Origin: Thermoanaerobaculia bacterium
Lineage (GTDB): Bacteria > Acidobacteriota > Thermoanaerobaculia > Gp7-AA8
Assembly (NCBI GenBank): GCA_036506455.1
Contig: DASXRT010000089.1
Location: forward strand, 778-64,777
DNA length: 64,000 bases
Direction of reading: 5' to 3'
Numbering within the stretch: the first letter of the stretch is position 1; every line of letters begins with the position of its first letter. Shown here piece by piece: positions 12,500-22,013 of the stretch. The notes under the pieces are model-generated. The model ran no database searches and was not told the origin of the DNA. It worked only from the letters and a program-made list of their open reading frames with translations. Both the position numbers and the translations under genes were made by a program.

Positions 12500-13429
12500 A
12501 TGAAAAAGCTCGTCATCGATATCGAGACGGTCGGTACGCCGTGGGAAGATCATGATGCGTACGTCCGCGAGTACCTGATCAAAGGCAAGAGCGAAGCAGA
12601 GGCCGAGGAAGAAAAGCGCCGAGGGGCGCTGTCGCCATTCACCGGCAGCATCGTGGCCATCGGCGTCGTCAACGCGGAGACCGGAAAGTCCTGCGCGATG
12701 TACGAAGTTCCCGGCCAGACCGAACTGATCACGCGCAAGGACGGCAATCGCACGCTGATCTGCGGAACGGAGAAGCAGATCCTCGAGAAGTTCTGGGACT
12801 ATCTCGACAAGGGCGATCGCTTCATCTCGTTCAACGGCCGGCAATTCGACGGTCCGTTCCTGATGATCCGCTCGGCGATTCACGGCCTCCAGCCCAAGCG
12901 CGATCTTATCGGCAATCGCTATCGCTTCCATCCGAACTGCGATCTGCGCGAAGTGCTCAATTTCAACGGCACGGTGAACGCGCGTCAGATGCGATTCAAC
13001 CTGGATCTCGCGTGCAAGTCGTTCGGGATCGCCAGCTCGAAGGCTGACGGTATGGACGGCCGATCGGTGGAGACGATGTACCGCGCCGGGCGCCATGAGG
13101 ATATTGCGTTGTATTGCCTCCAGGATGTACGTGCGACCGCGGAGCTCTACATGAAGTTGGAGAGCACGCTGCTGATGTTCGAGCCGGCGTTTCGCGATGC
13201 CGAGGAACGCGCGCGTCGCAAGGCGGATCCGGCTGTGGTGCCGAGTTCGGAGAGCGCCTTCCTCGAAGGCGTCGCCCAGAGCTCACTCGCGCTCAGCTCA
13301 GCGCTCGAGAAGGTCGAGATCACTGTCGCTGACGAAGAGGGCGTCATGACCGCGAAGCAGCAGGCGCTTGTGCTCGAGAAGCTGGTCACGCCGGCATCTG
13401 AGGAAGAGGAGCTGCAGGGCGGCCTGTAA
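12500..13429 (+). CDS. RNase H-fold 3-prime–5-prime exonuclease-like protein (PolB-exonuclease-related, YprB-like)
   Basis: N-terminal IDIETVG (Exo I-like DxE) and downstream acidic motifs (FNGRQFDGPFL…YCLQDV). Family assignment is from memory. Confidence 0.55.
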   Translation: MKKLVIDIETVGTPWEDHDAYVREYLIKGKSEAEAEEEKRRGALSPFTGSIVAIGVVNAETGKSCAMYEVPGQTELITRKDGNRTLICGTEKQILEKFWDYLDKGDRFISFNGRQFDGPFLMIRSAIHGLQPKRDLIGNRYRFHPNCDLREVLNFNGTVNARQMRFNLDLACKSFGIASSKADGMDGRSVETMYRAGRHEDIALYCLQDVRATAELYMKLESTLLMFEPAFRDAEERARRKADPAVVPSSESAFLEGVAQSSLALSSALEKVEITVADEEGVMTAKQQALVLEKLVTPASEEEELQGGL

Positions 13430-13438
13430 AATGCGCGC

Positions 13439-14722
13439 GTGAAGATCTACCGCGCGCGCGTGTTCACGCCGGTTTCGGATCCCTTCACCACAGGAATCGC
13501 GTCGAGCTTCGTCGCCTATGACGACGGCTATCTGGCAGTCGACGACGGCCGCATCACCGATTGCGGCGACTGGTCGCAACATCCCCACGGCGACATCGTC
13601 GACCTCGGCCGCCGGTCGCTGATCTCTCCCGGCTTCATCGACACGCACCTTCACGCGCCACAGCTCGAGATGATCGGCTCGTACGGCGGACATCTGCTCG
13701 AGTGGCTCAATCGCTACACGTTCCCGACGGAAGCCAAGTTTGCGGATCCCGAGCACGCGCGCCGCGTCGCGAAGGCTCTCTTTTCCGAGCTGCTGCGGAA
13801 CGGAACACTTTGCGCGCTGATCTTCTCGACGATTCATGCCGAGGCCACGGACATCTTTTTTACCGAGGCGGAGCAGAGCGGATTCCGCGGAATCATCGGC
13901 AAGACGATGATGGACCGCAACGCGCCGGAATTTCTGCTCGAGCGGGCGCGCGACTCATACGAGCAAAGCCGTGCGCTCCTTCAGAAGTGGCATAACCGCG
14001 GCCTGCTGCGTTACGCGGTGACGCCGCGCTTTGCCCCGACCTCGACTCCGGAGCTGCTCGAGGTTGCCGGCCAGCTCAAGAAAGAGTTCCCCGATGTGTA
14101 CGTGCAGACACACATCTCGGAGAACAAGAATGAAGTGGAGTGGGTGCATGAGCTCTTTCGTGCAGCCGAGTACGCAGACGTGTATGACGACTTCGGATTA
14201 CTCAGCGATCGTACTGTTCTCGCTCATGGGGTTCATCTGACCGAGGAGGAGCTCGATCTTTTGAATCGCCGGCGGTCGCGCATCGCTCATTGCCCGAACT
14301 CGAACCTATTTCTCGGCAGCGGCCTCTTCCCTCTCCATCGCGTCCTCGAAGCGGGAGTGATCGTCGGCCTCGGCACCGATATCGGCGCGGGAACGACTCC
14401 ATCGATGTTTACGGCGATGGCCGATGCGTACAAAGTGCAACAGGTGCAGGGCGTCTCACTCAGCCCATATCACCTCTGGTACATGGCCACGCTGGGTGGG
14501 GCGCGCGCGCTCTCCCTCGACACAGAGACTGGCAGCCTCGAGCGCGGCAAGTCGGCCGACTTCCTCGTCCTCGATTTGAAAGCCACGCCGCTCATCGAGT
14601 TGCGGAGCGAACGCGCCTCATCGATCGAGGAGCTTCTCGCCGGTTTGATCTTCATGGGCGACGACCGCGCTGTTTCTCAGGGATTCATCGCTGGCCGTGA
14701 GGTCTGGCGCAGGCCGGCGTAA
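13439..14722 (+). CDS. guaD: Guanine deaminase-like amidohydrolase
   Basis: Metal-binding PGFIDTHLHAPQ HxH motif and an amidohydrolase-family TIM-barrel pattern. GTG start. Confidence 0.75.
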   Translation: MKIYRARVFTPVSDPFTTGIASSFVAYDDGYLAVDDGRITDCGDWSQHPHGDIVDLGRRSLISPGFIDTHLHAPQLEMIGSYGGHLLEWLNRYTFPTEAKFADPEHARRVAKALFSELLRNGTLCALIFSTIHAEATDIFFTEAEQSGFRGIIGKTMMDRNAPEFLLERARDSYEQSRALLQKWHNRGLLRYAVTPRFAPTSTPELLEVAGQLKKEFPDVYVQTHISENKNEVEWVHELFRAAEYADVYDDFGLLSDRTVLAHGVHLTEEELDLLNRRRSRIAHCPNSNLFLGSGLFPLHRVLEAGVIVGLGTDIGAGTTPSMFTAMADAYKVQQVQGVSLSPYHLWYMATLGGARALSLDTETGSLERGKSADFLVLDLKATPLIELRSERASSIEELLAGLIFMGDDRAVSQGFIAGREVWRRPA

Positions 14723-14725
14723 CCG

Positions 14726-14741
14726 TGGCGTGCTCTTTGCG
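14726..14741 (+). promoter_or_regulatory. Sigma-54 (-24/-12) type promoter candidate: TGGCGT-N5-TTGCG
   Basis: GG and GC sit at the exact consensus spacing (TGGCAC-N5-TTGCA). Predicted TSS ~14752. RBS AGGAGG at 14757–14762, then ATG at 14768. Confidence 0.45.
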
Positions 14742-14767
14742 CGTCTAAGGCTCATCAGGAGGTTCCG

Positions 14768-16021
14768 ATGAGGCGACATGCGTTTTTCCTGGTCGCGGTT
14801 ATGCTGACCGTACCAGTCTTCGGGCAGTACCGCTCTGTCTGGCGTTCGGCGGGAGACATCGTCGAAGGAGTTTCCGGCAGCGTCGTCGGCACTGTCGTCG
14901 ATGTTGACGAAGGACATAACCAGTTGACGCTCTCAGCCGATGAAGATCGATATGGCCAGATCACGGTCGCGACCGATTCGGTATCGACGCAATACAACGG
15001 CTTCGGCGATGTGATCAACGGGAAGCCGGAGATCTTCACGGGCAGCAAGGGATTTGCGAATGTCCGGCAAGGCGATCGACTCGAGATTCGCGGCGTCGGA
15101 AAAGCCGCCGGAGTTGTGCGCGCCGACCAGATCACGCTCCTCGGCCGCTCCGTAGCGGCGCCGCAGACCGGCGTCGGCGAGACGCGATCGCCGAGCGGCG
15201 GTATCTCGACGCCGACTGTCGGAAGTACGGCCACCGTCTACGGTCGCGTCGAAGGGGTTGTGCGGCAGGTCAACGCATCGGACAACCGCATCGTCGTGGA
15301 GACGGACCGTCGGGAGATCTTCAACATCCGGACGTCGTCGAACACGCCGGTCTACTACCGCAACGATACCTATCAGGTCGGAAATCTCGAGGTAGGCGAT
15401 CGCATCCGCGTCGAATCGGACGGGAATGCGTCGAGCGACCGCGAGATCCGCGCGCGCAGCATCGAGGTCTTGCAAAGCGTGCAGGAGGGTGGAGGCGCGC
15501 GCGTGTCATCTGTGACGGGGCGCGTGACGAGCATCGATCGAACGGCCGATGTCGCACGCGTGGATACCGGTCGCGGCGAAGTTCGCGTCGACATGAGTCG
15601 CGCTTATGACGCGACCGGCCGCCGCGTCCGAGCCGCCGATCTGCAGGTCGGCGACCGCGTCGATATCAGTGGCAGTTACGGCAGCAGCTCCGACGTTTTC
15701 ATGGCGTCGACGGTGCGCTTCAACGAGGACGTGTTCTCACCACCGCGAGATACCCAAGCCACCGGTGAATACCCGACCGAGTTCGCCACGGTGACGATCT
15801 CCGGTACGGTGACCGAATCGCTGCAGACGGCCGCGAATCTCGCGATCAAAGATCGGACGGGGCGAACGATCTCGCTTTACGTGACCGAGGATTTCGCGGT
15901 GCGGACGAAGAGCGGCGGTTACACGACGGCGGAGAAGCTGAATGTAAACGACAACGTGCTGGTCAAGGCATTCCGCGATTCGGCGGGGAACTACATCGCG
16001 CAGACGATACGGATGAGGTGA
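14768..16021 (+). CDS. Secreted protein with four tandem ~60-aa beta-rich repeats (DUF5666/BOF-like OB-fold repeats)
   Basis: Signal peptide MRRHAFFLVAVMLTVPVFGQ. A repeat pattern G.V..V……..V.V……….LQVGDRV recurs four times. Confidence 0.6.
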   Translation: MRRHAFFLVAVMLTVPVFGQYRSVWRSAGDIVEGVSGSVVGTVVDVDEGHNQLTLSADEDRYGQITVATDSVSTQYNGFGDVINGKPEIFTGSKGFANVRQGDRLEIRGVGKAAGVVRADQITLLGRSVAAPQTGVGETRSPSGGISTPTVGSTATVYGRVEGVVRQVNASDNRIVVETDRREIFNIRTSSNTPVYYRNDTYQVGNLEVGDRIRVESDGNASSDREIRARSIEVLQSVQEGGGARVSSVTGRVTSIDRTADVARVDTGRGEVRVDMSRAYDATGRRVRAADLQVGDRVDISGSYGSSSDVFMASTVRFNEDVFSPPRDTQATGEYPTEFATVTISGTVTESLQTAANLAIKDRTGRTISLYVTEDFAVRTKSGGYTTAEKLNVNDNVLVKAFRDSAGNYIAQTIRMR

Positions 16022-16101
16022 CGGACGCGACTGTGGGCCCGGCGCTTCGCTGATGGGTTATTTGGAATTTCTCTCCTCGCCTGAGTGTCGAAATCAGCAC
16101 A

Positions 16102-16443
16102 ATGGCGAAGAAAGACCTGCTACCCGGCATCAGCGCGGACGACGACTGTCCGCCGGTCGCAGTATTCGACTCGCGCCGAGCGATCAGGCGAGCGCGCCGG
16201 CGCGCTATTCTTCGCGATGCCGCACAGCTCATTCTTCTCATCGGCGTCGACTGGCTGTTCGTCCGCTGGCCGTACACACATGTTCCGACGTTTGACCGCG
16301 CGCATTCCGTGACGATTGTTGCGCTGCTCAATGCGGCCGTGCTTACGCATGTGGCCGTGTCGCGCGCGTTCCCGCGCTGGTCGGCGCAGCGAATTGCGCG
16401 CACGTGGTGTCTCGCCGAGCGAGCGCGCTTCTTTCAGCGCTGA
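16102..16443 (+). CDS. Hypothetical small membrane protein
   Basis: 113 aa with two hydrophobic segments. Occupies the gap between convergent genes. Weak call. Confidence 0.3.
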   Translation: MAKKDLLPGISADDDCPPVAVFDSRRAIRRARRRAILRDAAQLILLIGVDWLFVRWPYTHVPTFDRAHSVTIVALLNAAVLTHVAVSRAFPRWSAQRIARTWCLAERARFFQR

Positions 16444-18396
16444 TCAGGCTTCTCGCTTCTCGCGCATCGCTGGCGCGATCAATCTCGCGAACAGAAGCAG
16501 CAGGACGATCGCCGCGACCGCGATGGCGATCCAGAAGTACTTTGTCTCCGGTCGATCGTCCGATGCCCCAAGCCCGGGCGGCTTGCTCATACCGATCTCT
16601 CGCGCCGGCTCGGTCAGAATTCTCGGCGCGAGCAGCGCGAGGTCGTATCGCGGCGCGTTGGCGCTGCGGTTGCCGTAGAGCAACGTGAGCGCGCCACCGG
16701 GATGCTCGAATCGCAGCGCGTAAGACGGCAGCAGGATCTCGATCGCTGTGATCGGCAGCGGAGCGTTGTCGCCTTCGTGGACGAGAACATCGATCGCCGG
16801 CGTGCCGTACAACGCGACATCAAAGACAAGCGGCGCAGCGGCCCTCTCGGGATCGTCGTTGCGCCACTGAGCCTGCGCGATCTCGGATTCTTCGCGTCCT
16901 CGGCGCTCATCGGCGGTCCGAACGAGTCGGACGTTTCGCTCGAAGACTCTTCCCGGCGTCGTGACGACAACTCTTCCTCCGGCCGGCAGTGTCTCGTACG
17001 GCAATCGAAGGTGATAGCGCGACACGCCGCGTTCGCTCTCGCCTCGTTGCGGAATTGCGAGATTGATTTTCAGCGGCTCGTCGCGATGTTCGACGATGTA
17101 GGGCACCTGATGCGACGTGGCGTTGGTGATACGAACGTCGGCGAGATCGTGACTGCGTGCGAGGACATCGACATCGAGTGGCAGGACCATGAGGCCGGTC
17201 ATTGCAGTTTCCAGCGGCCGCGCGTAGCGGAAGGATGCTCGATCGATCTTCGCAGCTAGCGCGGGAAGCGGTGGGGGAACCAACGTCTCGTTGACAGTGA
17301 CGGCTTGTTTCGGTGGGCTTGCCCACCGCGCGTGAGCGATCGCTCTGCGACCAACGAATTGCCGCGCCGCCTCGAGATCGTATTGCGGCCGTGACAGACG
17401 CGGATTCCCGTAGCGCGCGATGAGCGGCGAACCGTCAGGAGACTCGAAGTAGATCCACGGCTGCGGCGAAAACCTCGCGACGATCGCAGTGATCGGCAGC
17501 GGGGGATTCGCACCATCGTCGATGACAAGGTCCAGCTCACGGCCCGAAGGCGTAGTGATCGGTACATTCATCTCCGCAGCGACGAATCCGTCACGGACCG
17601 CGCGCCGTAGTTGCGATGCGCCGAGAACACCAGGTGTGATCGCGCCGCTGGTGAGCTGTGGCTCTGTCACACGCGCCGCTCGAAACACATCGCCATCCGC
17701 AACCTCAACCTCCAGCGCCTCGACAGGAAGACGCGGCGCGGGAAGATTGATTCGATAACGGCTCTTCCCCGGCTCGCTCGGCAATTTGCGAAACGGCATC
17801 GACGCGCGCAGCCGTTCCCGCGGAGCGACCGCGTCATGCAGTCTCACTTGGACGGTGGAGACGGCGGATACTTGCGCACTGGAACGATCGTCCCACGTGA
17901 CTCGAAAGTAACGGTATTCGCCTGCAGAGAAAGCGATCTCGGGCCGGCGAAGCTGCTGATCGGGAAGATCGAACACGGTCGTATCCGCGAGCATCGTCCA
18001 GTGAGAACGATCTCCGCCGCCTTCGAGAGTGACGTGTTTGAGGTACGGCGGCCTCACACCACCGAAACGAAGGCGATCGACATCGCGAATGGCACCCAGG
18101 TCGGCTTCGAAGCCGCTCGTTGTTTTCGTCGGAGCGATGGGCAATGGCGTCGCTGCTGTCCATCGCGGCTCGCGCGACCGTGGTTGAATCATCAGATAGC
18201 CGATCTCGCGGCCGGTGTTATCGACGAAACGCAAGTCGTGCAGATCGGGAGCGCCTCCGGCGAGCAGCGATTCATCGACGTCGAGACGATTCGCTCCCTT
18301 CGCAGTTGGCGTAACGAGCCGTTCGTGCTGAAACGACTGCGCCTCGATCGTAGCAGCGATCACCACCAACGCGACACCGAGAGCCACTTCCTTCAC
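16444..18396 (-). CDS. Secreted/anchored protein, DUF3999-like, partner of DUF2339
   Basis: N-terminal signal peptide and a C-terminal TM anchor (WIAIAVAAIVLLLLFARLI). 4-nt overlap with the upstream DUF2339 gene. DUF assignment is from memory of the conserved pairing. Confidence 0.55.
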   Translation of the reverse strand: MKEVALGVALVVIAATIEAQSFQHERLVTPTAKGANRLDVDESLLAGGAPDLHDLRFVDNTGREIGYLMIQPRSREPRWTAATPLPIAPTKTTSGFEADLGAIRDVDRLRFGGVRPPYLKHVTLEGGGDRSHWTMLADTTVFDLPDQQLRRPEIAFSAGEYRYFRVTWDDRSSAQVSAVSTVQVRLHDAVAPRERLRASMPFRKLPSEPGKSRYRINLPAPRLPVEALEVEVADGDVFRAARVTEPQLTSGAITPGVLGASQLRRAVRDGFVAAEMNVPITTPSGRELDLVIDDGANPPLPITAIVARFSPQPWIYFESPDGSPLIARYGNPRLSRPQYDLEAARQFVGRRAIAHARWASPPKQAVTVNETLVPPPLPALAAKIDRASFRYARPLETAMTGLMVLPLDVDVLARSHDLADVRITNATSHQVPYIVEHRDEPLKINLAIPQRGESERGVSRYHLRLPYETLPAGGRVVVTTPGRVFERNVRLVRTADERRGREESEIAQAQWRNDDPERAAAPLVFDVALYGTPAIDVLVHEGDNAPLPITAIEILLPSYALRFEHPGGALTLLYGNRSANAPRYDLALLAPRILTEPAREIGMSKPPGLGASDDRPETKYFWIAIAVAAIVLLLLFARLIAPAMREKREA

Positions 18397-21300
18397 ACCG
18401 TCTCCTCAACAGGCGGCGCCCGCTTGGTCATGACGAACTTCTGGAGAAGGATGCCGACGAGCACGAGTGAGACGGCCAGCCCAAGAAGGGAACCGACGCG
18501 ATATAAGCCACCCAACCGCGGCAGGTCATGCAGGAAACACTTCAGGATCGTCACGACCAGCAGTAGCAGTGCCGCCACTCGCGCGGATCGTGTGTGAAAA
18601 ACGATACCGGCGATCAACATCGCCACCGCGAACAACGCCCAACCGATCGTGTACGTCAAGTCCTGCGCGAGTGACGACGAGAAAAAGTTGAAGGTGAGAT
18701 TCGGGCCGTGCGAGTAGAAGTCGGCGATCTCGATATTCATCCCGACAAACAGGATGATCGTTCCGCCGACATTGGCCGCGGCCATGCCGCCGCGAATATC
18801 GCGCGGCCAGAGGTACGCCGCGACGAAGAATGCGGCTGCAGAAACGAGATACGTATAGAGGTACCAGTTGAAGACCGGCATGTGGCTGGCCGCGTGGTAC
18901 GAGAACACCGCAGGATTGAATATCAGGCGTACGAATACGATCGAGAGCAGCGCCACGGCCCACACGAGAAGCCCGCGGTGCGGAATGCGCTGGAAGAGCC
19001 AGACGAGAGCAGCGCCTTCGAGTGCCCAGCCGAGAGTGATCCATTGCTTGTCGAGCTGCAGTGGAATCGCGACGGTGATGAACGCGAGCGCTGCCGCCGC
19101 AACCGTCGCCAGACGAGCCATCTCCCGCGCTCCGGGCTTTTCGATCCGGAGCAGGCTGAAAACGAGAATCATCATGAGGATCGCCTGGCCGACGGGCAGA
19201 ATGCCGATGCACCAATCGAGACCGGCGTCGAGCATTGCGTCGCGGGCAACGAAGAAGAATGGCACGCTCGCCAGAACCGCGGCGAGGTACGGCTCGAACC
19301 GGCGTTTCGCTCGCTCGCCCAATAGCAGCGGATAGGCGACAAACATCGCATAGAAGAAAGCTGCGAATGTGAACTCGCGCGACGGTGAATCGAGTCGGGC
19401 GACTGCGGTCGCGATGCCGGTCAAGGCGACGTCGATCATCACGATCTCGTGCCGCTCGGTGAACCAGGCCAGAGCGAGTATCGCCAGTGCGATCACCGCG
19501 TGCGCAGTGAGCAAGGGCCCGAACACATGTTCCAGCGGAGTACCTCCCGCGACCATCGCCACGACATGCGCCGCAAAGAGGCCGAGGATCGCCGCCCAAA
19601 GAAATTGTTGCTCGCTGGCGGAGTTCGTTCGGCGCGCGAGGACGTACCAGGTGACCGCGTACGCTGCGACGATGACTGTCGCGAGGAGCGCGATGTTGGT
19701 CCACGGCTCGATTGCGGCGCCCGAGCTCCAGATTGCGAGAACGATTTGGGATCCGATCGCGGCGCCGATGAGCAGTGATCCGCGCGACAGGTAGAGCGCA
19801 GCGGTGCCGATCGCGAGATTCAGGATCACCAGGACCGCGAACAGGGGCCACGGCGGAAATGACAGCTCGCGATGCGCAGCGACGAACATCAGGAACAGAT
19901 ATCCGACCTGCACGAGTTGCGCAGCCGGCGCGAATCCGGCGGCTTCATCGTGTCGCGCCGACCATGCCACTCCAAGAAGCGCGATCACAGCGAACATCGC
20001 CACGACAAAGAGCGCCGGGATCAGACCGGCCACCAAGGGTGCGGCCTCCCACCACGAGGCAAGAACGAGCCATCCGAGAACGATCGCCACTGCCGCCAGC
20101 CATGGGCGGGACGATGCACTGGCCTCGATGAAGGTTCCGACCAGAAGCACGCCGAGCAATAGAGCGAGTCCCCACAACGAGAATGACGCGATCGAATGGC
20201 CGGTCAGGAAGAAGAGAACCGCGAGCGAGAGAATGACGACCACCGCCGTTCCATCTGCTGCGAGCGTGCGGCCGAGCCGCCGCGCCACGACAGGAACGCC
20301 GAGGAAGAGCAACGCGAACGTGCCGTAGATGAGAAGAGCGGAGTGCAGCCGCTCCGGCGTCAGGTATTTCCCCGACCACACGGCCTCCGCGATGATCGTG
20401 AATAACGCTGCGACGAAGTAGACGGCACCGCTACGGCGGTAAATCGCGAATGAAGCAGTGAGAGCCAGAAGAATGAAGAGCGTCGCAAAGAGAATCAGCG
20501 GCGACGCCGTCGCCGATTCGGTGCCGGTGAGCAGCGGAAACATGAAGAAGAGCATGCCGGCCGTAAGCACAGCGGGTGTCTGCAACTGCAGGCCGACGCC
20601 GAGATACAGCACGACAAACACCGCGATCCACACCAGCACCGCGGGAAATGCTGCCGGCGTATACGAAACCGCGGACCAGATGATGAAAGTCAGAAGCGTG
20701 GCCACGCCACCGAGGGCATGGAGCCATTGCGGCCCGCGCATCATCGCAATGGCGGCGAGCCCGGCAGTCATCATGAGCAGGAACGTGAAGAGCACGTTGT
20801 AGCGCGCGCCGTAAGCAGGAACCGCCGACCCGTAAACCGCAAACGCCAGCGGGAGGATCGCGCTGACGATCGCCACCTTGTTGAACGTCGGACGCTTCGC
20901 GTCTGCGCCCAAACCTCCTCGAAGCCACAACGCGCTTGTGCCGGCGATGGCAAACACACCGAAGATCGTCGCCGCGAGGGGCAATTGCGACGCGGTGAGA
21001 AACTTACCGATCCACGCCCACTGATAGAACACCGTGAAGAGCAGGCTGCCGATCGTGAGTAGCGGCCATCCTTTTCGAAATGCCACCCAGGCCAGGCCGG
21101 CGTTGAGCAGCAGGAGATACGAGAAGAGGCCGATCGGCCTGTTTTCGCCGGTGGAGAGCAGCGCCGGAGTCGCAAAGCCACCCATCAACCCGAGGAGTGC
21201 GATGAACACCGAGTCGCGCCGGATCGACAGCATCACCGCGACGGCAGTGACGACGAGCATCAGCGCGAATACAACGCCTCCCGGAAGGAGATGCCACAAC

Positions 21301-21950
21301 GCATACGTCGCAAAGAGCGTGGAGTACAGAATCGCAATGCCGGCTCCGTGCAGCGCGTTTGCGGTGGCCGTGTAGCCGCGCGCGACACGCAGCTCGCAGA
21401 CGACGAGGAGCGCTGTTCCGGTGATCAGTCCGAGTGCAGCTCGGATCGTTGGGCTGAGCCAGCCATGCTCGACGGAATACTTCAGGAAGAACACTGCCGC
21501 GAGCACCAGCGAGATGCCGGCGATCCATGAGAAGAGCTTCACGCCGACGAGACTCTCCCAGTCGAAGGAACGGGGGGGAGGAGGAGGCGCCGGCGGAATC
21601 GCCACTTGGGGTGGTGGCGGGGGTGGTGGAGGTGGGGGCGCCGGCGGTGCTTCGACCTCGCGCGCAGCGATCGGCGGAGCTGCGGGCACGGGCATTGGTG
21701 CTGACACAACAGGAGCTGGTTCAACAACGGTGGGCTCAGGTTGCGGCTCTGCCGCGGGCGCCGGCTCCGGCGCCATCTTCGTCCGCCCGCGAACTTCGCG
21801 TTTGAACGCACCGAGCTCCAGGCGGAGTTGCTCGACTTCTTTGGAAAGTTGTTCGAGGAGGCGCTGAAGGCTGGTGATCCGGACGAGGGCAATGATGCCC
21901 GCAACGACCACGATCACGCCAAGGCAGAAGGTGTTCATTGCTGTCAGCAA
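18393..21950 (-). CDS. Large polytopic membrane protein, DUF2339 family
   Basis: 1185 aa: an N-terminal TM, a coiled coil, a poly-Pro tract (PPAPPPPPPPPPPQVAIPPAPPPPP), then 30 or more hydrophobic segments. This architecture is typical of DUF2339. Confidence 0.65.
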   Translation of the reverse strand: MLTAMNTFCLGVIVVVAGIIALVRITSLQRLLEQLSKEVEQLRLELGAFKREVRGRTKMAPEPAPAAEPQPEPTVVEPAPVVSAPMPVPAAPPIAAREVEAPPAPPPPPPPPPPQVAIPPAPPPPPRSFDWESLVGVKLFSWIAGISLVLAAVFFLKYSVEHGWLSPTIRAALGLITGTALLVVCELRVARGYTATANALHGAGIAILYSTLFATYALWHLLPGGVVFALMLVVTAVAVMLSIRRDSVFIALLGLMGGFATPALLSTGENRPIGLFSYLLLLNAGLAWVAFRKGWPLLTIGSLLFTVFYQWAWIGKFLTASQLPLAATIFGVFAIAGTSALWLRGGLGADAKRPTFNKVAIVSAILPLAFAVYGSAVPAYGARYNVLFTFLLMMTAGLAAIAMMRGPQWLHALGGVATLLTFIIWSAVSYTPAAFPAVLVWIAVFVVLYLGVGLQLQTPAVLTAGMLFFMFPLLTGTESATASPLILFATLFILLALTASFAIYRRSGAVYFVAALFTIIAEAVWSGKYLTPERLHSALLIYGTFALLFLGVPVVARRLGRTLAADGTAVVVILSLAVLFFLTGHSIASFSLWGLALLLGVLLVGTFIEASASSRPWLAAVAIVLGWLVLASWWEAAPLVAGLIPALFVVAMFAVIALLGVAWSARHDEAAGFAPAAQLVQVGYLFLMFVAAHRELSFPPWPLFAVLVILNLAIGTAALYLSRGSLLIGAAIGSQIVLAIWSSGAAIEPWTNIALLATVIVAAYAVTWYVLARRTNSASEQQFLWAAILGLFAAHVVAMVAGGTPLEHVFGPLLTAHAVIALAILALAWFTERHEIVMIDVALTGIATAVARLDSPSREFTFAAFFYAMFVAYPLLLGERAKRRFEPYLAAVLASVPFFFVARDAMLDAGLDWCIGILPVGQAILMMILVFSLLRIEKPGAREMARLATVAAAALAFITVAIPLQLDKQWITLGWALEGAALVWLFQRIPHRGLLVWAVALLSIVFVRLIFNPAVFSYHAASHMPVFNWYLYTYLVSAAAFFVAAYLWPRDIRGGMAAANVGGTIILFVGMNIEIADFYSHGPNLTFNFFSSSLAQDLTYTIGWALFAVAMLIAGIVFHTRSARVAALLLLVVTILKCFLHDLPRLGGLYRVGSLLGLAVSLVLVGILLQKFVMTKRAPPVEETV

Positions 21951-22013
21951 AGATACACTCCGCCCCCGGTCAATCTGTCAGATTCGGTTGAGAAATTCTC
22001 GACTTTTCGCTGG

